This document shows positions 20,301-29,800 of a stretch of DNA of 64,000 nt, piece after piece. The position numbers were made by a program, and so were the translations under genes. The DNA lies in contig OZ244833.1 of the NCBI GenBank assembly GCA_965220535.1, positions 1,039,440 to 1,103,439 of the forward strand, read 5' to 3'. Origin of the DNA: Gammaproteobacteria bacterium. GTDB lineage: Bacteria; Pseudomonadota; Gammaproteobacteria; HK1. How positions within the stretch are numbered: position 1 is the stretch's first letter; every line of letters begins with the position of its first letter. The notes below the pieces were generated by a model. It did no database searches and was not told the origin of the DNA. It saw only the letters and a program-made list of their open reading frames with translations.

Positions 20301-22511
20301 AACCCGATCCTGGCCTTTTTCCGGAAATTCCGTATCCGACGGCAGCTCGCGGGATACGGAATCCGGCTGCCGGTCGATATCGAGACCCTCGTCGGCGCCT
20401 TGGACGAGTCCCGCTCGGCGGCGGCGGAACTCGAATCCATGCTCTCCATGCTGCCGCCTGTCACGCACGCGAAGATCTGGCGGGGGTGGAAAGAGAGTTC
20501 GGTCGAGGAGATGAAGCGTCTTTTATCGGCTTGCGAGGCTTTGGCGGCGAGCGTCGAGGGAGTGCGGCGATATACGACGGGCGATCCCGAGGCGCTGATC
20601 GAGAAGATCGCCGAGACCCCGGGGCTGCGGCAGGCTCTGGCGTCGATGCGCGAAGCGATCGAGGGATACGAGCGGGATCTGGCCGCTTGGCGAGGGCTGG
20701 GGGTCAAGGCCGATCCCGGCGATTGGGAAACGCTGGCCGACCTGCTCGAGCGGCTCGCAAGCATCGAACGTCTCGATGACTGCCTGGATTGGAACCGGCT
20801 GCGCGCCGAGCCTTGCGGCGACTACGATCCGGCGCCGATCGTCGACGGCATCGTCGATGGGCGACTGCAAGCGGAGAATTGCGAGCCGGCGATCGATCAT
20901 GCCTTCCACCGCTGGCTGGCACCGCTGCTGATCGATGCCGACCGGGTGCTGCGAGGCTTTCGCGTGCGCGACCACGAACGCCTGCGACGGAACTTCACCG
21001 AAAACGACAAGTCGATCGAGAGCGCTTCCGGTGCGGAAGTCGCGGCCAAGACCGCGGCCTTCGTGCCGAGTGCGGAAGGAAAATTATCCGAGGGGCTCAA
21101 AATCCTTGGCCGCGAGATCAAAAAGAAGCAGCGCCATATCCCGATCCGAAAGTTGATGGATGCGTTGGGGGCGCAGGCTTTGGATCTCACCCCGTGCATG
21201 ATGATGTCGCCGATCTCGATCGCCCAGTTCCTGCCGCGGGATTTCAACCACTTCGACCTGGTGGTTTTCGACGAGGCCTCGCAGATCACCGTCTGGGATT
21301 CCATCGGCACCATCGCGCGGGGAAAGAACGTCATCGTCGTCGGCGATCCGAAGCAGATGCCGCCGACCAATTTTTTCAACCGCGGCGCGACCGATACCGA
21401 AGACGAGGAGGAGGACTACGAAAGCATCCTCGACCGCGCCCTCGACGCCGGTTTGAAAAAGCATCGTCTGACCGGGCATTACCGCAGCAAGCACGAGTCG
21501 TTGATCGCCTTTTCGAACAGCAAATACTACGAAAACTCCCTTGCGACCTACCCCTCGGCGGAAACGAAGGAAAGCGCCGTCGTCTTGCACAAGGTCGAGG
21601 GTCTGTACAGCAAGGGCAAGGCGGCGAACAACCCCAAAGAGGCCCAAGCGGTCGCCGACGAAGTCTTGCGGCGCTTGCAAGACCCGGAACTGTCGCGCTA
21701 CAGCATCGGCGTGGTCGCCCTCAACCAATCGCAGCAACGCACGATCGAGAACTGCCTCGACGATATGCGGCGGGCGCACCCGCAAACCGAGATCTTCTTC
21801 CAAGACAGCGACGACGAACGACTGCCGCTTTTCGTCAAGAACTTGGAAACCGTCCAAGGAGACGAGCGGGATGTGATCATTTTGAGCCTCGGCTACGGTC
21901 CCACCGAGCCGGGGGCGCGGACGATGAGCATGAACTTCGGCCCCCTCAACCGCCAAGGGGGGGAGCGGCGTCTGAATGTCGCGATCACCCGCGCCAAATA
22001 CGAAGTGCTGGTCTTTGCGAGCATGGACTACACCATGATCGACCTCGGCCGCACGCAGGCGCAGGCGGTCGCCGATATGCGCGATTACCTCGAATACGCC
22101 GAGCGCGGGATTTGCGCCTTGGCCGGGCAAAGCAGCGAGCGCTACGGGATCGACAGTTTCGACAGCGAATTCGAGCGCAGCGTGGCTCTCGCGCTGCGCG
22201 CCCGGGGTTGGAAGGTGCTCTCCCAAGTGGGAGTCAGCCGATTCCGCGTCGATCTCGGGGTGGTGCATCCGGATCAGCCGGGGAAATACTTGGCCGGGGT
22301 CGAATGCGACGGCGCGACCTATCACAGCTCGCCCTCGGCCCGGGATCGCGATCGCATCCGACAGCAGGTGCTCGAATCCTTGGGCTGGCGCTTCGCCCGT
22401 ATCTGGTCCACCGATTATTTCCGCAGCCCGGAGGATGTGATCGAGAATATCCACGGGAAACTGCAATCGCTGTTGGAAGGCGACCGCAAGGATGCGAACC
22501 GGGCTTGCTGA
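17343..22511 (+). CDS. DUF4011 - SF1 helicase - Vsr/DUF559-like nuclease protein (Hhe-type antiphage architecture, no recognisable C-terminal DUF3320)
   Basis: DUF4011 WQRRLLDLSKRNRLLNF; SF1 motifs GPPGTGKS, VFDEASQ, GDPKQMPP, VQGDERD and RLNVAITRA; nuclease FDSEFE...VDLGV...VECDGATYHSSPSARDRDRIRQQVLESLGW. Confidence 0.85.
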   Translation: MPKIIPTVSSYYSPAHRRTGHGRLLNGLEIEHADKTAAPLDDLTLHLYAEPALFEPYSWRIDTLGPGAVRELRDRQPEIEAEYLDSLVDATKLELRFELERQGQEIASAKASTLLLPKDRWAGAANSPDMLACFVLPESDLVERLIERTTQLLATAAGDYAIDDGYRSRRREAPWMMAQALWQAVAELNLDSASAPPEFAAAGQPIRLPDRIAAAGAATGLDAAVLFAACLERIGLHPVIALTREHAGAGCWLLEESFQVPSSDDAMDMRKRVDASDIVLFETSYALRPGASSFFAEACDSARALLNEEVGEDFLLALDIKQARLRSIRPLPSRRERMEAKAAKSQAPEPAQALEAPPPMPRIRPEEGPVENTPEGRVERWQRRLLDLSKRNRLLNFGGRASHIRLHCPDIAKLEDALAQDRKFEFITAQESGFEDLESGSSSSNAGFDRFVLEGLEANKLVAAGERDKLDTTLLGLYRKAKNDLEEGGSNTLFMSIGMLRWKEIPESQRSFKAPLIMLPIQLQRRSARSRISAKRHPDEETVFNSTLIEFLLQDYEIDLGCYRESLPTDSHGVDVPQVWGRVRQAIKDIKGFELIEEIVVSNFSFRKFLMWQDLKERLGALKNSIFVNHLIEQGGGGGYPNTASFVEAKDVDRRIEPGALHTPLYADSSQLAAVEASTREQDFVLEGPPGTGKSETIANIIATNIADGRKVLFVAEKMEALNVVYRRLERVGLGHRCLELHSDKANKKQVLRQLDEAWQHETTPPEAWDRRNSSLSKQRNELNDYLARLHGTSEGCDISPWEAIGASLGSASEGFSLGLAKDPERIPPETKNWLSDLKTRAERLLELFAEVKHLDPHAVAAVGSGEWSHRWDDDFRTASEKLKSGLGAMLKLERELSEGLGIGEATRDKYALGGIEELLDRSKGAAAAHHLLVFGSEAARRRQVLAKIIETTERRRGTHARLGIDLDFEQSLALPTRRWLEELRGNPILAFFRKFRIRRQLAGYGIRLPVDIETLVGALDESRSAAAELESMLSMLPPVTHAKIWRGWKESSVEEMKRLLSACEALAASVEGVRRYTTGDPEALIEKIAETPGLRQALASMREAIEGYERDLAAWRGLGVKADPGDWETLADLLERLASIERLDDCLDWNRLRAEPCGDYDPAPIVDGIVDGRLQAENCEPAIDHAFHRWLAPLLIDADRVLRGFRVRDHERLRRNFTENDKSIESASGAEVAAKTAAFVPSAEGKLSEGLKILGREIKKKQRHIPIRKLMDALGAQALDLTPCMMMSPISIAQFLPRDFNHFDLVVFDEASQITVWDSIGTIARGKNVIVVGDPKQMPPTNFFNRGATDTEDEEEDYESILDRALDAGLKKHRLTGHYRSKHESLIAFSNSKYYENSLATYPSAETKESAVVLHKVEGLYSKGKAANNPKEAQAVADEVLRRLQDPELSRYSIGVVALNQSQQRTIENCLDDMRRAHPQTEIFFQDSDDERLPLFVKNLETVQGDERDVIILSLGYGPTEPGARTMSMNFGPLNRQGGERRLNVAITRAKYEVLVFASMDYTMIDLGRTQAQAVADMRDYLEYAERGICALAGQSSERYGIDSFDSEFERSVALALRARGWKVLSQVGVSRFRVDLGVVHPDQPGKYLAGVECDGATYHSSPSARDRDRIRQQVLESLGWRFARIWSTDYFRSPEDVIENIHGKLQSLLEGDRKDANRAC

Positions 22512-22672
22512 CCCTCCTTGCCGACCCTCGCCGAGGGCTCGAAAAAGACGGTTCGAGGGGCGAGCCTCGAAGCCCTCGAGATCATCAAAATAGCCGCTCC
22601 GAATCCCGAACGGCGCACAAGATCCATGCCCCCGGCTTGCGATCCGACATCCTCGAAGGAAAACGCCGAATC

Positions 22673-23860
22673 ATGAACGCGTATTCGACAACGAAAGACG
22701 CGCCGAGTCGACGGCCGCCGCAAGGGCTATCCGACGAGGCCGAAAAAAAACCCGCCGCCGACTCGGCGGAGGAGCGGCAGCTGATGCGCTCGATCATCCA
22801 ACGCATCGCCACCGGACCTGAAATGAGCCGGGATATCGATCGCGACGAAGCGCGCCGAGGGATGCGGCTGATCCTCGACGGGGCCGTCGATCCGGTGCAA
22901 GCGGCGGTTTTTCTGATCGCGCTGCGGATGAAGCGAGAGAGCGACGAGGAGAATCTCGGCATCCTCGACGCCCTGATCGAATCCTCGCAGCGCATCGTCG
23001 CCCCGGTCGACGAACTCGTCGACATCTCCGATCCCTTCAACGGCTTCAACCGTAGCCTGCCCGTTTCCGCTTTCGTCCCTGCGCTGCTCGCCGCCTGCGG
23101 GCTGCCGGCGATCTCGCAGGGGGTAAAGAGCATGGGACCGAAGTTCGGAGCCACCCATCACCGCGTGCTCGCGGCCTGCGGGCGGCGCACCGATCTTTCA
23201 CCGGCGGAGGTCGGCGAAAGGCTCGCGGATCCGCAGCGAGGCTGGGCCTATTGCGATCAAAGCGTTTTCAATCCGAGGCTGCATGCCTTGACCGGCTTGC
23301 GCACGCTGATCATCAAGCGTCCGGCCCTGACCACCGTCGAGGTGATGACCGCTCCGGTGCGCGGGCGACGACGCACCCATATCGTCACCGGCTACGTGCA
23401 CAAGCCATACGCCCGCATTTACGCCTTGCTCGCCCGCAGCGCGGGCTTCGATTCCGCTTTGATCGTGCGCGGGACCGAGGGGGGCATCGTCCCCTCGCTG
23501 CGCCAGGGCACGAAAATTCTGAGCTACGGCGATGACGGGGGGGAAAGGGAATCCGATATCTCGCCCCGAGAGGCAGGCGTCGAACAAGATCTGCGAGCGG
23601 TTCCCCTGCCGCCGGAGATCAAGGGCTATCGCCGCCGGAACGACGATATCGAAGTCGACGGTTCGGCGATCTCGAAGGCTGCGGCCAAGGCGGGATTGGA
23701 CGCGCTTTCCGGCGCCCCGGGGGCCGCTCGCGACAGCCTCGTCTATAGCGCCGCGCTCATTTTGCGCCATGTCGGCAAGGTGCAAGATCTGGCACAAGGG
23801 GCGGAAGTGGCAAAAAAAGCCATCGATCGGGGGCAAGCGCTGCGGCATTTTCAAAGCTGA
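22673..23860 (+). CDS. Anthranilate phosphoribosyltransferase-like protein (glycosyltransferase family 3, TrpD/YbiB-like)
   Basis: 3' part of ORF 20789..23860 from ATG 22673. Motifs QAAVFLIALRMKRES, YNGF-like PFNGFNRS, RTLIIKRPALTTVE, GYVHKPY and VRGTEGG. Confidence 0.75.
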   Translation: MNAYSTTKDAPSRRPPQGLSDEAEKKPAADSAEERQLMRSIIQRIATGPEMSRDIDRDEARRGMRLILDGAVDPVQAAVFLIALRMKRESDEENLGILDALIESSQRIVAPVDELVDISDPFNGFNRSLPVSAFVPALLAACGLPAISQGVKSMGPKFGATHHRVLAACGRRTDLSPAEVGERLADPQRGWAYCDQSVFNPRLHALTGLRTLIIKRPALTTVEVMTAPVRGRRRTHIVTGYVHKPYARIYALLARSAGFDSALIVRGTEGGIVPSLRQGTKILSYGDDGGERESDISPREAGVEQDLRAVPLPPEIKGYRRRNDDIEVDGSAISKAAAKAGLDALSGAPGAARDSLVYSAALILRHVGKVQDLAQGAEVAKKAIDRGQALRHFQS

Positions 23861-23961
23861 CCTTCGAGGGGCATCATCCGCTCGTTTTCGTTATCGCTTT
23901 CTCTTTCGCGATATCGAAAAACCGTCTCGACCGAAAACCACCGAAAAAAAGGAAGGGCATC

Positions 23962-24585
23962 ATGAACGCAACGTTTCCGGCAAGGGCCGCAAGGCTCTCG
24001 ACTGCGAAAAAACTCTTCGTCGCCGGCTCCGGCGCATCGATCCTCTTGGCATCGATCCTCTTGGCCTCGGCGGCGAGGGCCGCCGAGCTCCCGAGCGGAG
24101 CGACGGAGTTGACGATCACCGGCGATATTTCCCGCAGCAATCGCGGGGGGATGGACAAGAAACGAGACGTGTTTTTCAACTACCACAAGCAGGAATTCGA
24201 GCGGGCCTTCGCCTTCGATCGGGCGATGCTGGAGGCTTTGGGCATGGTCGAAATCACGATCACCCCCCGAGGCTGGGAGGAAAGCGAGGCGATCCGGGTT
24301 GCCGGGCCCCGTCTTGCGGATGTGCTGGCCGCCGCCGGCTGTCCGAGCGAGCGCTCGCTGCGCACCCTCGCCCTCGACGGATATTCGACCCGGATCGAGG
24401 CCGATAGCCGCAAGGCTCGCGACTGGATATTGGCGATGACCGTCGACGACAAGGGATGGGGTATCGGCGGCCGCGGCCCCTTTTGGATCGTTTTCGATAT
24501 TCCCGACGAGCGCTCGGCCACGATGGAAGAATCGGTGCAATGGCCGTGGGGGGTCTTCATGATCGAATGCGAGGCGGGGGCCTAA
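23962..24585 (+). CDS. Exported protein with an oxidoreductase molybdopterin-binding-like fold (COG3915-like)
   Basis: Signal-like N-terminus; motifs LTITGDI, FDRAMLEALG, GPRLADVL, ALDGY and GIGGRGPFWIVF. Confidence 0.6.
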   Translation: MNATFPARAARLSTAKKLFVAGSGASILLASILLASAARAAELPSGATELTITGDISRSNRGGMDKKRDVFFNYHKQEFERAFAFDRAMLEALGMVEITITPRGWEESEAIRVAGPRLADVLAAAGCPSERSLRTLALDGYSTRIEADSRKARDWILAMTVDDKGWGIGGRGPFWIVFDIPDERSATMEESVQWPWGVFMIECEAGA

Positions 24586-24842
24586 GACCGATGGGCCTAA
24601 GACAAAGGGCCTAAGACGATGGCTTTGAAAAGCGTAGGACTTGGGCGCGATCCGAGCGATCGCGCCTAAATCGAAAACGAGCCGAAAACGAGTCGAAAAG
24701 CCTCGATCCGACGACGACGGGCGCACGGGCAAAAGCAAAGCCGACGCTCGATACCGAGCTTCGAAGTCTCGGCCCGAAGTCTCGGCCCAATACCTTTGGC
24801 GAAAAGAACAAAGAGAAAGAACGATAGGAGCGGCATTCGATC

Positions 24843-26633
24843 CTATCGCGTCTTCGCCCCTCGATCTTTCCCGCTCGGCATCGGGCGCATCACATAACTG
24901 CCGGGGGCGTCCTCGAGCGCCGGCAACCCGCCCTCGCCGGGGATGCGGGCATCGACCTCGCCGCCGCCGAGGGCGGCAAGCCAGCGATCCCAATGCGGCC
25001 ACCAAGAGCCCTCGTGCGGCGTGGATGCCGCTAGCCATTCGTCGGCCTCGGCGGCGATCTTCTTGGCGGTCCGATAACCGTATTTCCCTTTCTTCGGGGG
25101 GTTGATCACCCCGGCGATATGCCCCGACCCTGCGAGCACGAATTCCGTCTTCCCCGATACGAGACCGGTGGTCCGGTATGCGGTACTCCACGGCGCGATA
25201 TGGTCATCCTCGGTCGCCAATACATAGGCGGGCGTTTTCAACTTCGACATATCGATGCTCCGACCCGCCAAGTTCAACCCGCCGGGTTCGCGCAAGCGAT
25301 TTTCCAAGTACATATTGCGCATCAGAAAAAGATGCACCGCCGCCGGTATATCGGTCGGATCGCCGTTCCAAAACAGGAGATCGAGTTCGGGAGGATCTTG
25401 GCCGAGCAGATAGTTGTCGATATAAAAGGCCCAAAAGAGTTCGTTGGCCCGCACCGCTCGCCAAGCATCGGCGATCCGGCGGCCGGAAAGAAAGCCCGCT
25501 TGCGAGACGGCATCGGCCAAGGGCGGCAGGGTTTTTTCATCGATGAAGACCGAGATATCGCCGGTATCGGAAAAATCCACCATCGTCGCCAGGAAAGTAA
25601 CGCTGGCAAGACGATCCCTTTCTTCGTCGGGCTCGGCGTGCAACCAAGCGGCCAAGGCGCTTAGCAGGATACCGCCCAAGCAATATCCGACCGCGTTCAC
25701 TTCCCTCTCGCCGGTTGCGCTTTCTATCGCCCGCAACGCCGCCAGCGCTCCTTGCAGCATATAGTCCTCGAAATCCATATCGGCGAAGGACGAATCCGGA
25801 TTGAACCAGGACACGATGAAGACGCTGTGCCCTCGCTCCGTCAGCCATTTCACCATCGAATTCCGCGGGCTAAGATCCATGACATAGAACTTGTTCATCC
25901 ACGGGGGGATCAGCAAGAGCGGCCGCCGTCGCACCTTCGCCGTCGTCGGTGCGTAATGGATGAGTTCGATCAACGCGTTGCGAAAAACCACCTTGCCCGG
26001 GGTCGCCGCGATGCTGCGCCCGACCTCGAAGGCATCCGGGGCGCACATCGGGTTTTCCAAACGACCGCTGATCGGATCGAGGTCGCGCAGCGCGTTTCGC
26101 ATCCCCGCGAGGACGCTGGCCCCGCCGGATTCGAACGCGGTGCGCAGGGCCTTCGGATTGGTGGCGAGGAAATTGGTCGGGGCCAAGGCATCGAGCGTTT
26201 GCCGCAGGAAAAAATCGAGTCGCAGCCGAGATCGTTCATCGAGACCCGGCGCGCCGGCGACGAAGGAGGTGCAAGCGCGCGCGTTGACGAGATAGGCTTG
26301 CTTTAGAAAATCGAACCACAACGACTCCTGCCACATCGGATCGACGAAGCGGCGATCATCGGCTTTCGGCGACGCCGCCGGTGCCGCTTCGAATCCCGTC
26401 ATGCGGCGCGCGAAGCTATTCGACAGCGCTCCCCAAGACTCCAAGAACTCCCGCTGGACATCGAAAAGATAGCCGGGACGCTCGCATAGCCCGACGAGCG
26501 ATTTCCTCCAAGCATCGTGGATGCAAAGAGGATCGGGGAGCGCAAACGATTCCCCGAAGGGACTTCGCCGGCGGCTTTGCGAAGCCTTGTCGGCGGCTGC
26601 GCCCGAGCCTTCGATCCGCGTATTCGAATCCAT
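24843..26633 (-). CDS. phaC: Class I poly(3-hydroxyalkanoate) synthase
   Basis: Motifs APTNFLATNP, TPGKVVFRN, PPWMNKFYVMDL, lipase box GYCLGG, DHIAPW and SGHIAGVINPP. Confidence 0.95.
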   Translation of the reverse strand: MDSNTRIEGSGAAADKASQSRRRSPFGESFALPDPLCIHDAWRKSLVGLCERPGYLFDVQREFLESWGALSNSFARRMTGFEAAPAASPKADDRRFVDPMWQESLWFDFLKQAYLVNARACTSFVAGAPGLDERSRLRLDFFLRQTLDALAPTNFLATNPKALRTAFESGGASVLAGMRNALRDLDPISGRLENPMCAPDAFEVGRSIAATPGKVVFRNALIELIHYAPTTAKVRRRPLLLIPPWMNKFYVMDLSPRNSMVKWLTERGHSVFIVSWFNPDSSFADMDFEDYMLQGALAALRAIESATGEREVNAVGYCLGGILLSALAAWLHAEPDEERDRLASVTFLATMVDFSDTGDISVFIDEKTLPPLADAVSQAGFLSGRRIADAWRAVRANELFWAFYIDNYLLGQDPPELDLLFWNGDPTDIPAAVHLFLMRNMYLENRLREPGGLNLAGRSIDMSKLKTPAYVLATEDDHIAPWSTAYRTTGLVSGKTEFVLAGSGHIAGVINPPKKGKYGYRTAKKIAAEADEWLAASTPHEGSWWPHWDRWLAALGGGEVDARIPGEGGLPALEDAPGSYVMRPMPSGKDRGAKTR

Positions 26634-27016
26634 GCAAACTCACCTCGGCCCCTTCGATGGCCTCGTCGATGACTTTTTGAATATCGGATGGCCAAGGCTG
26701 CTCAAGTCTTCGAAGAGCAGGCTTCGAGCAGCCGAAAAGACCATCGTCTCATCCGATTCGTTTGATTTGTGCATTGCACAATATGCAAGAATAGCACCTT
26801 TGCCGATCGGCGCTCGATCCCGCTTTCCAAAACCGGCGGCGACGCAAAGCGAGATCGATCGCAAGAAGGGCGCCGGACTTCGCTTCACCAAGGCATCGGA
26901 CAAGCGCCGTTTTCTTGGCGCGAAAACCCGCCGATCGATCCTTCGTCGATCTTTATGCGAAGATTTCCTCGGCAAGCGTATTGTCGGACAGGCACTTCGA
27001 TCGGGAGATCACCCTC

Positions 27017-27595
27017 ATGCCTCTTTCTCCATCCATCCCCAAAGAACATATCCACACGCGGCGCATCGATTGCTGCGGCTACCTCAGAGAAGACGGTCTG
27101 TGGGATATCGAGGGACATCTGGTCGATACCAAGAGTTACTCCTTTTCCAACCGGGATCGGGGAGAAATCGCGCCCGGGGAGCCGGTGCACGAGATGTGGC
27201 TTCGCATCACGGTCGACGACGATATGCTGATCCACAAGGCGGAGGCGGCGACGGATTACGGGCCTTTCCATATCTGCCCGGCAATCACTCCCGCGTTCCG
27301 GCGGCTCGAGGGCTTGGTCATCGGGGCGGGTTTTCGGCGCGCGGTTCGCGAAAGACTCGGGGGCATCAAGGGTTGCACCCATTTGGTCGAGCTGGCCTAC
27401 TCCTTGGGCACCGCCGCATTCCAAACCATGGCCGGACGCCATAACGAAAAAGGGGGCGACGGGGATGCGAAGACGAAGGGCGACGGCACGAACTCGCCGA
27501 AGTCCGCCCGTTTCATCGATACCTGCCATGCCCTTGCCGCCGACAGTCCGGTGATCAAGGAGCACTGGCCGGAGCACTACACCGGGAGCGACTGA
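27017..27595 (+). CDS. DUF2889 family protein
   Basis: Motifs HTRRIDCCGYLREDGLWDIEGHLVDTK, PVHEMWLRITVD, CPAITP and GIKGCTHLVEL. Confidence 0.8.
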   Translation: MPLSPSIPKEHIHTRRIDCCGYLREDGLWDIEGHLVDTKSYSFSNRDRGEIAPGEPVHEMWLRITVDDDMLIHKAEAATDYGPFHICPAITPAFRRLEGLVIGAGFRRAVRERLGGIKGCTHLVELAYSLGTAAFQTMAGRHNEKGGDGDAKTKGDGTNSPKSARFIDTCHALAADSPVIKEHWPEHYTGSD

Positions 27596-27733
27596 AATCC
27601 CCTTCGGGATCCGCCGCGCCCGCTTTTGCCGCTGCGAAGAACGATGCCCCTCGACGGGCTCGCCGACGATCTCGCCGACGATCTGGGGCCAAAGGGATCG
27701 CGGATGACTCGCATCCGGCTTCGAGTCCCTGCT

Positions 27734-27791
27734 TGTCGGAAAACTTGTCTGTCGAAAAACTCGTTTGCCGAAAAACTTGCCTGCCGAAAAA
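27734..27791 (+). repeat. Imperfect 16-bp tandem repeat (about 3.5 copies) upstream of rph
   Basis: TGTCGGAAAACTTGTC / TGTCGAAAAACTCGTT / TGCCGAAAAACTTGCC / TGCCGAAAAA. Confidence 0.75.
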
Positions 27792-27886
27792 GAGACTCGA
27801 CCCTAAACCCCGACTCGAATGCCGACTCGGCCACCGATTTCGGCCACCGGTTTCGACCGCCGACACCCTCACGAAAAGGAAATGCG

Positions 27887-28603
27887 ATGCGCCCGAGCGG
27901 ACGCTCCTGCGATGAAATGCGACCGGTGCGCCTTAGCCGCCGCTACACGAGCCATGCCGATGGATCCGTATTGGTCGAATTCGGAGCCACGCGAGTCCTT
28001 TGTTGCGCCAGCATCGAGGAGCAGGTTCCGAGGTGGATTCGCGGAAAAGGCCGGGGCTGGGTGACCGCCGAATACGGCATGCTCCCCTGCGCCACCGCCA
28101 CGCGCTCGCCGCGCGAGGCCTCTCGAGGTCGTCAAGGCGGTCGCACCCTCGAAATCCAGCGCCTGATCGGGCGCTCGCTGCGGGCGGCGATCGATACCCG
28201 GGCTTTGGGGGAGCGCACGATCACCGTCGACTGCGATGTTCTGCAAGCCGATGGCGGCACCCGGACCGCGGCCATCACCGGGGCTTATGTCGCCCTCGTC
28301 GACGCCTTGGCCAAGAACGCTCCCCGCTCGGCTCTCGAAAGCCCGCTACGGAGCGCGGTGGCGGCGGTATCGGTGGGAATCTGCGAAGGCGAAGCCCGCC
28401 TCGATCTCGACTATGCCGAGGATTCTTGCGCCGAGACCGATATGAACGTGGTCATGAACGGATCGGGCGGTTTGATCGAAATCCAAGGGACGGCGGAGAA
28501 CGAAGCCTTTTCCTTCGAGGATCTCGATGCCATGCTGAATCTGGCGCGAAGCGGCATCGCGGAGCTGCTCGAGATCCAACGAAGCGCCTTGGCCGAGAAT
28601 TGA
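27887..28603 (+). CDS. rph: Ribonuclease PH
   Basis: Motifs [44 protein letters not shown] and TDMNVVM. Confidence 0.97.
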   Translation: MRPSGRSCDEMRPVRLSRRYTSHADGSVLVEFGATRVLCCASIEEQVPRWIRGKGRGWVTAEYGMLPCATATRSPREASRGRQGGRTLEIQRLIGRSLRAAIDTRALGERTITVDCDVLQADGGTRTAAITGAYVALVDALAKNAPRSALESPLRSAVAAVSVGICEGEARLDLDYAEDSCAETDMNVVMNGSGGLIEIQGTAENEAFSFEDLDAMLNLARSGIAELLEIQRSALAEN

Positions 28604-28680
28604 TCCGCCGTCTCGGCCGCGCAAGACGAAGCCGTCTTCCTTCGTCCATCCCCCGCTTAGAGCCTCGCTGTCGATCGTCG

Positions 28681-29307
28681 ATGCCTATCGTCCTTGCCAG
28701 CACCAATCCGGGCAAACTCGCCGAGATCCGTTCAAGGCTAGCGGCACTCGGGGCCGACGCTCCGATTTTGTCGGCAGAGGATCCCTTCGCCGGGAAGCCC
28801 CCGCCCGAGGACGCCCCGACCTTCGTCGAGAACGCGCTGATCAAAGCCCGCGCCGCCTGCGCTCGCAGCGACGGCCCGGCCATCGCCGACGATTCCGGTC
28901 TCGCCGTCGACGCCCTCGGCGGCGCGCCCGGCATTCGCTCGGCCCGCTACGCCGGCGAAAACGCCTCGGATCAGGAAAATATCGCTTGTTTGCTCGAGAA
29001 TCTGCGCAAGGTGGCGCCGGCGATGCGTACCGCCACCTTCATCTGCACGATCGTTTTCATGCGCCATCGAAACGACCCCTGTCCGCTGATCTGCGAGGGT
29101 CGATGGGCCGGGCGCATCCTCGAAGCCCCCAAAGGCCACGGGGGCTTCGGCTATGACCCGATCTTCTTCGACGATGCCCTCGGGATGAGCGCCGCCGAAC
29201 TCTCTGTGGAGCGGAAAAACGCCGTCAGCCATCGCGGGCAAGCCCTCGATCGACTGATCCGGCACCTCGCTCTGCCGACCCGCTCCTTCGAAGCGCCGAC
29301 GCCTTAG
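28681..29307 (+). CDS. rdgB: dITP/XTP pyrophosphatase (RdgB/HAM1)
   Basis: Motifs VLASTNPGKLAE, FVENALIKAR, ADDSGLAVDALGGAPGIRSARYAG, GFGYDPIF and KNAVSHRGQAL. Confidence 0.95.
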   Translation: MPIVLASTNPGKLAEIRSRLAALGADAPILSAEDPFAGKPPPEDAPTFVENALIKARAACARSDGPAIADDSGLAVDALGGAPGIRSARYAGENASDQENIACLLENLRKVAPAMRTATFICTIVFMRHRNDPCPLICEGRWAGRILEAPKGHGGFGYDPIFFDDALGMSAAELSVERKNAVSHRGQALDRLIRHLALPTRSFEAPTP

Positions 29308-29800
29308 GATCGACGCCCCCGGACGAGGCTCGGGCTCGACGGTGAGCGAAAAGGCGGTCGCCGGCAGGACTCGCACGACCGGCAAACCCCCGCTCTTGCG
29401 TCCGAAGACTTTCGGATCGCCGAAAAAAAAGCGCCGGCGAAAGCATCGGCGTCGACGAGCGAAAAGGCCGATCGGAGAGAAAAGCCCGAATGCGATGATC
29501 GCCTCGCCTTTCGAGCAAGGGATCTCGAGCGCGAGCCGCGAGAGCGAAAAAAGAGCGGCTCGCTCATCGCCCGCATCGCAGGCCTCGGATCGCAAGCCTC
29601 GGATCGCAAGCGATGCCGCTGCGTATCCTCGGCGAATCGCCCTTTTCGCAAGGACGATCGGCACCCCGCAAAAAGCGCACGACGAGAAATAGCCGGGCGC
29701 CGACCCTGCGGGACTCGCACCGATGGCGACGATGCCCACCGACGAAGCCCGCCGACGATGCCCGCTTTCGCGCACGAAAGCGCTCTTCGGCAACCCTGCC

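Noticed and set aside
20789-22672. 5' two-thirds of the 1023-aa ORF 20789..23860 as a giant overlapping gene or fusion
   Set aside because: It is an Arg-rich off-frame read of the helicase gene. Only the part from ATG 22673 has protein-family motifs.
29310-29800. Possible hemW remnant or small basic protein (ORF 29342..29692) after rdgB
   Set aside because: No radical-SAM CxxxCxxC or other motif; the sequence is low-complexity intergenic-style DNA.
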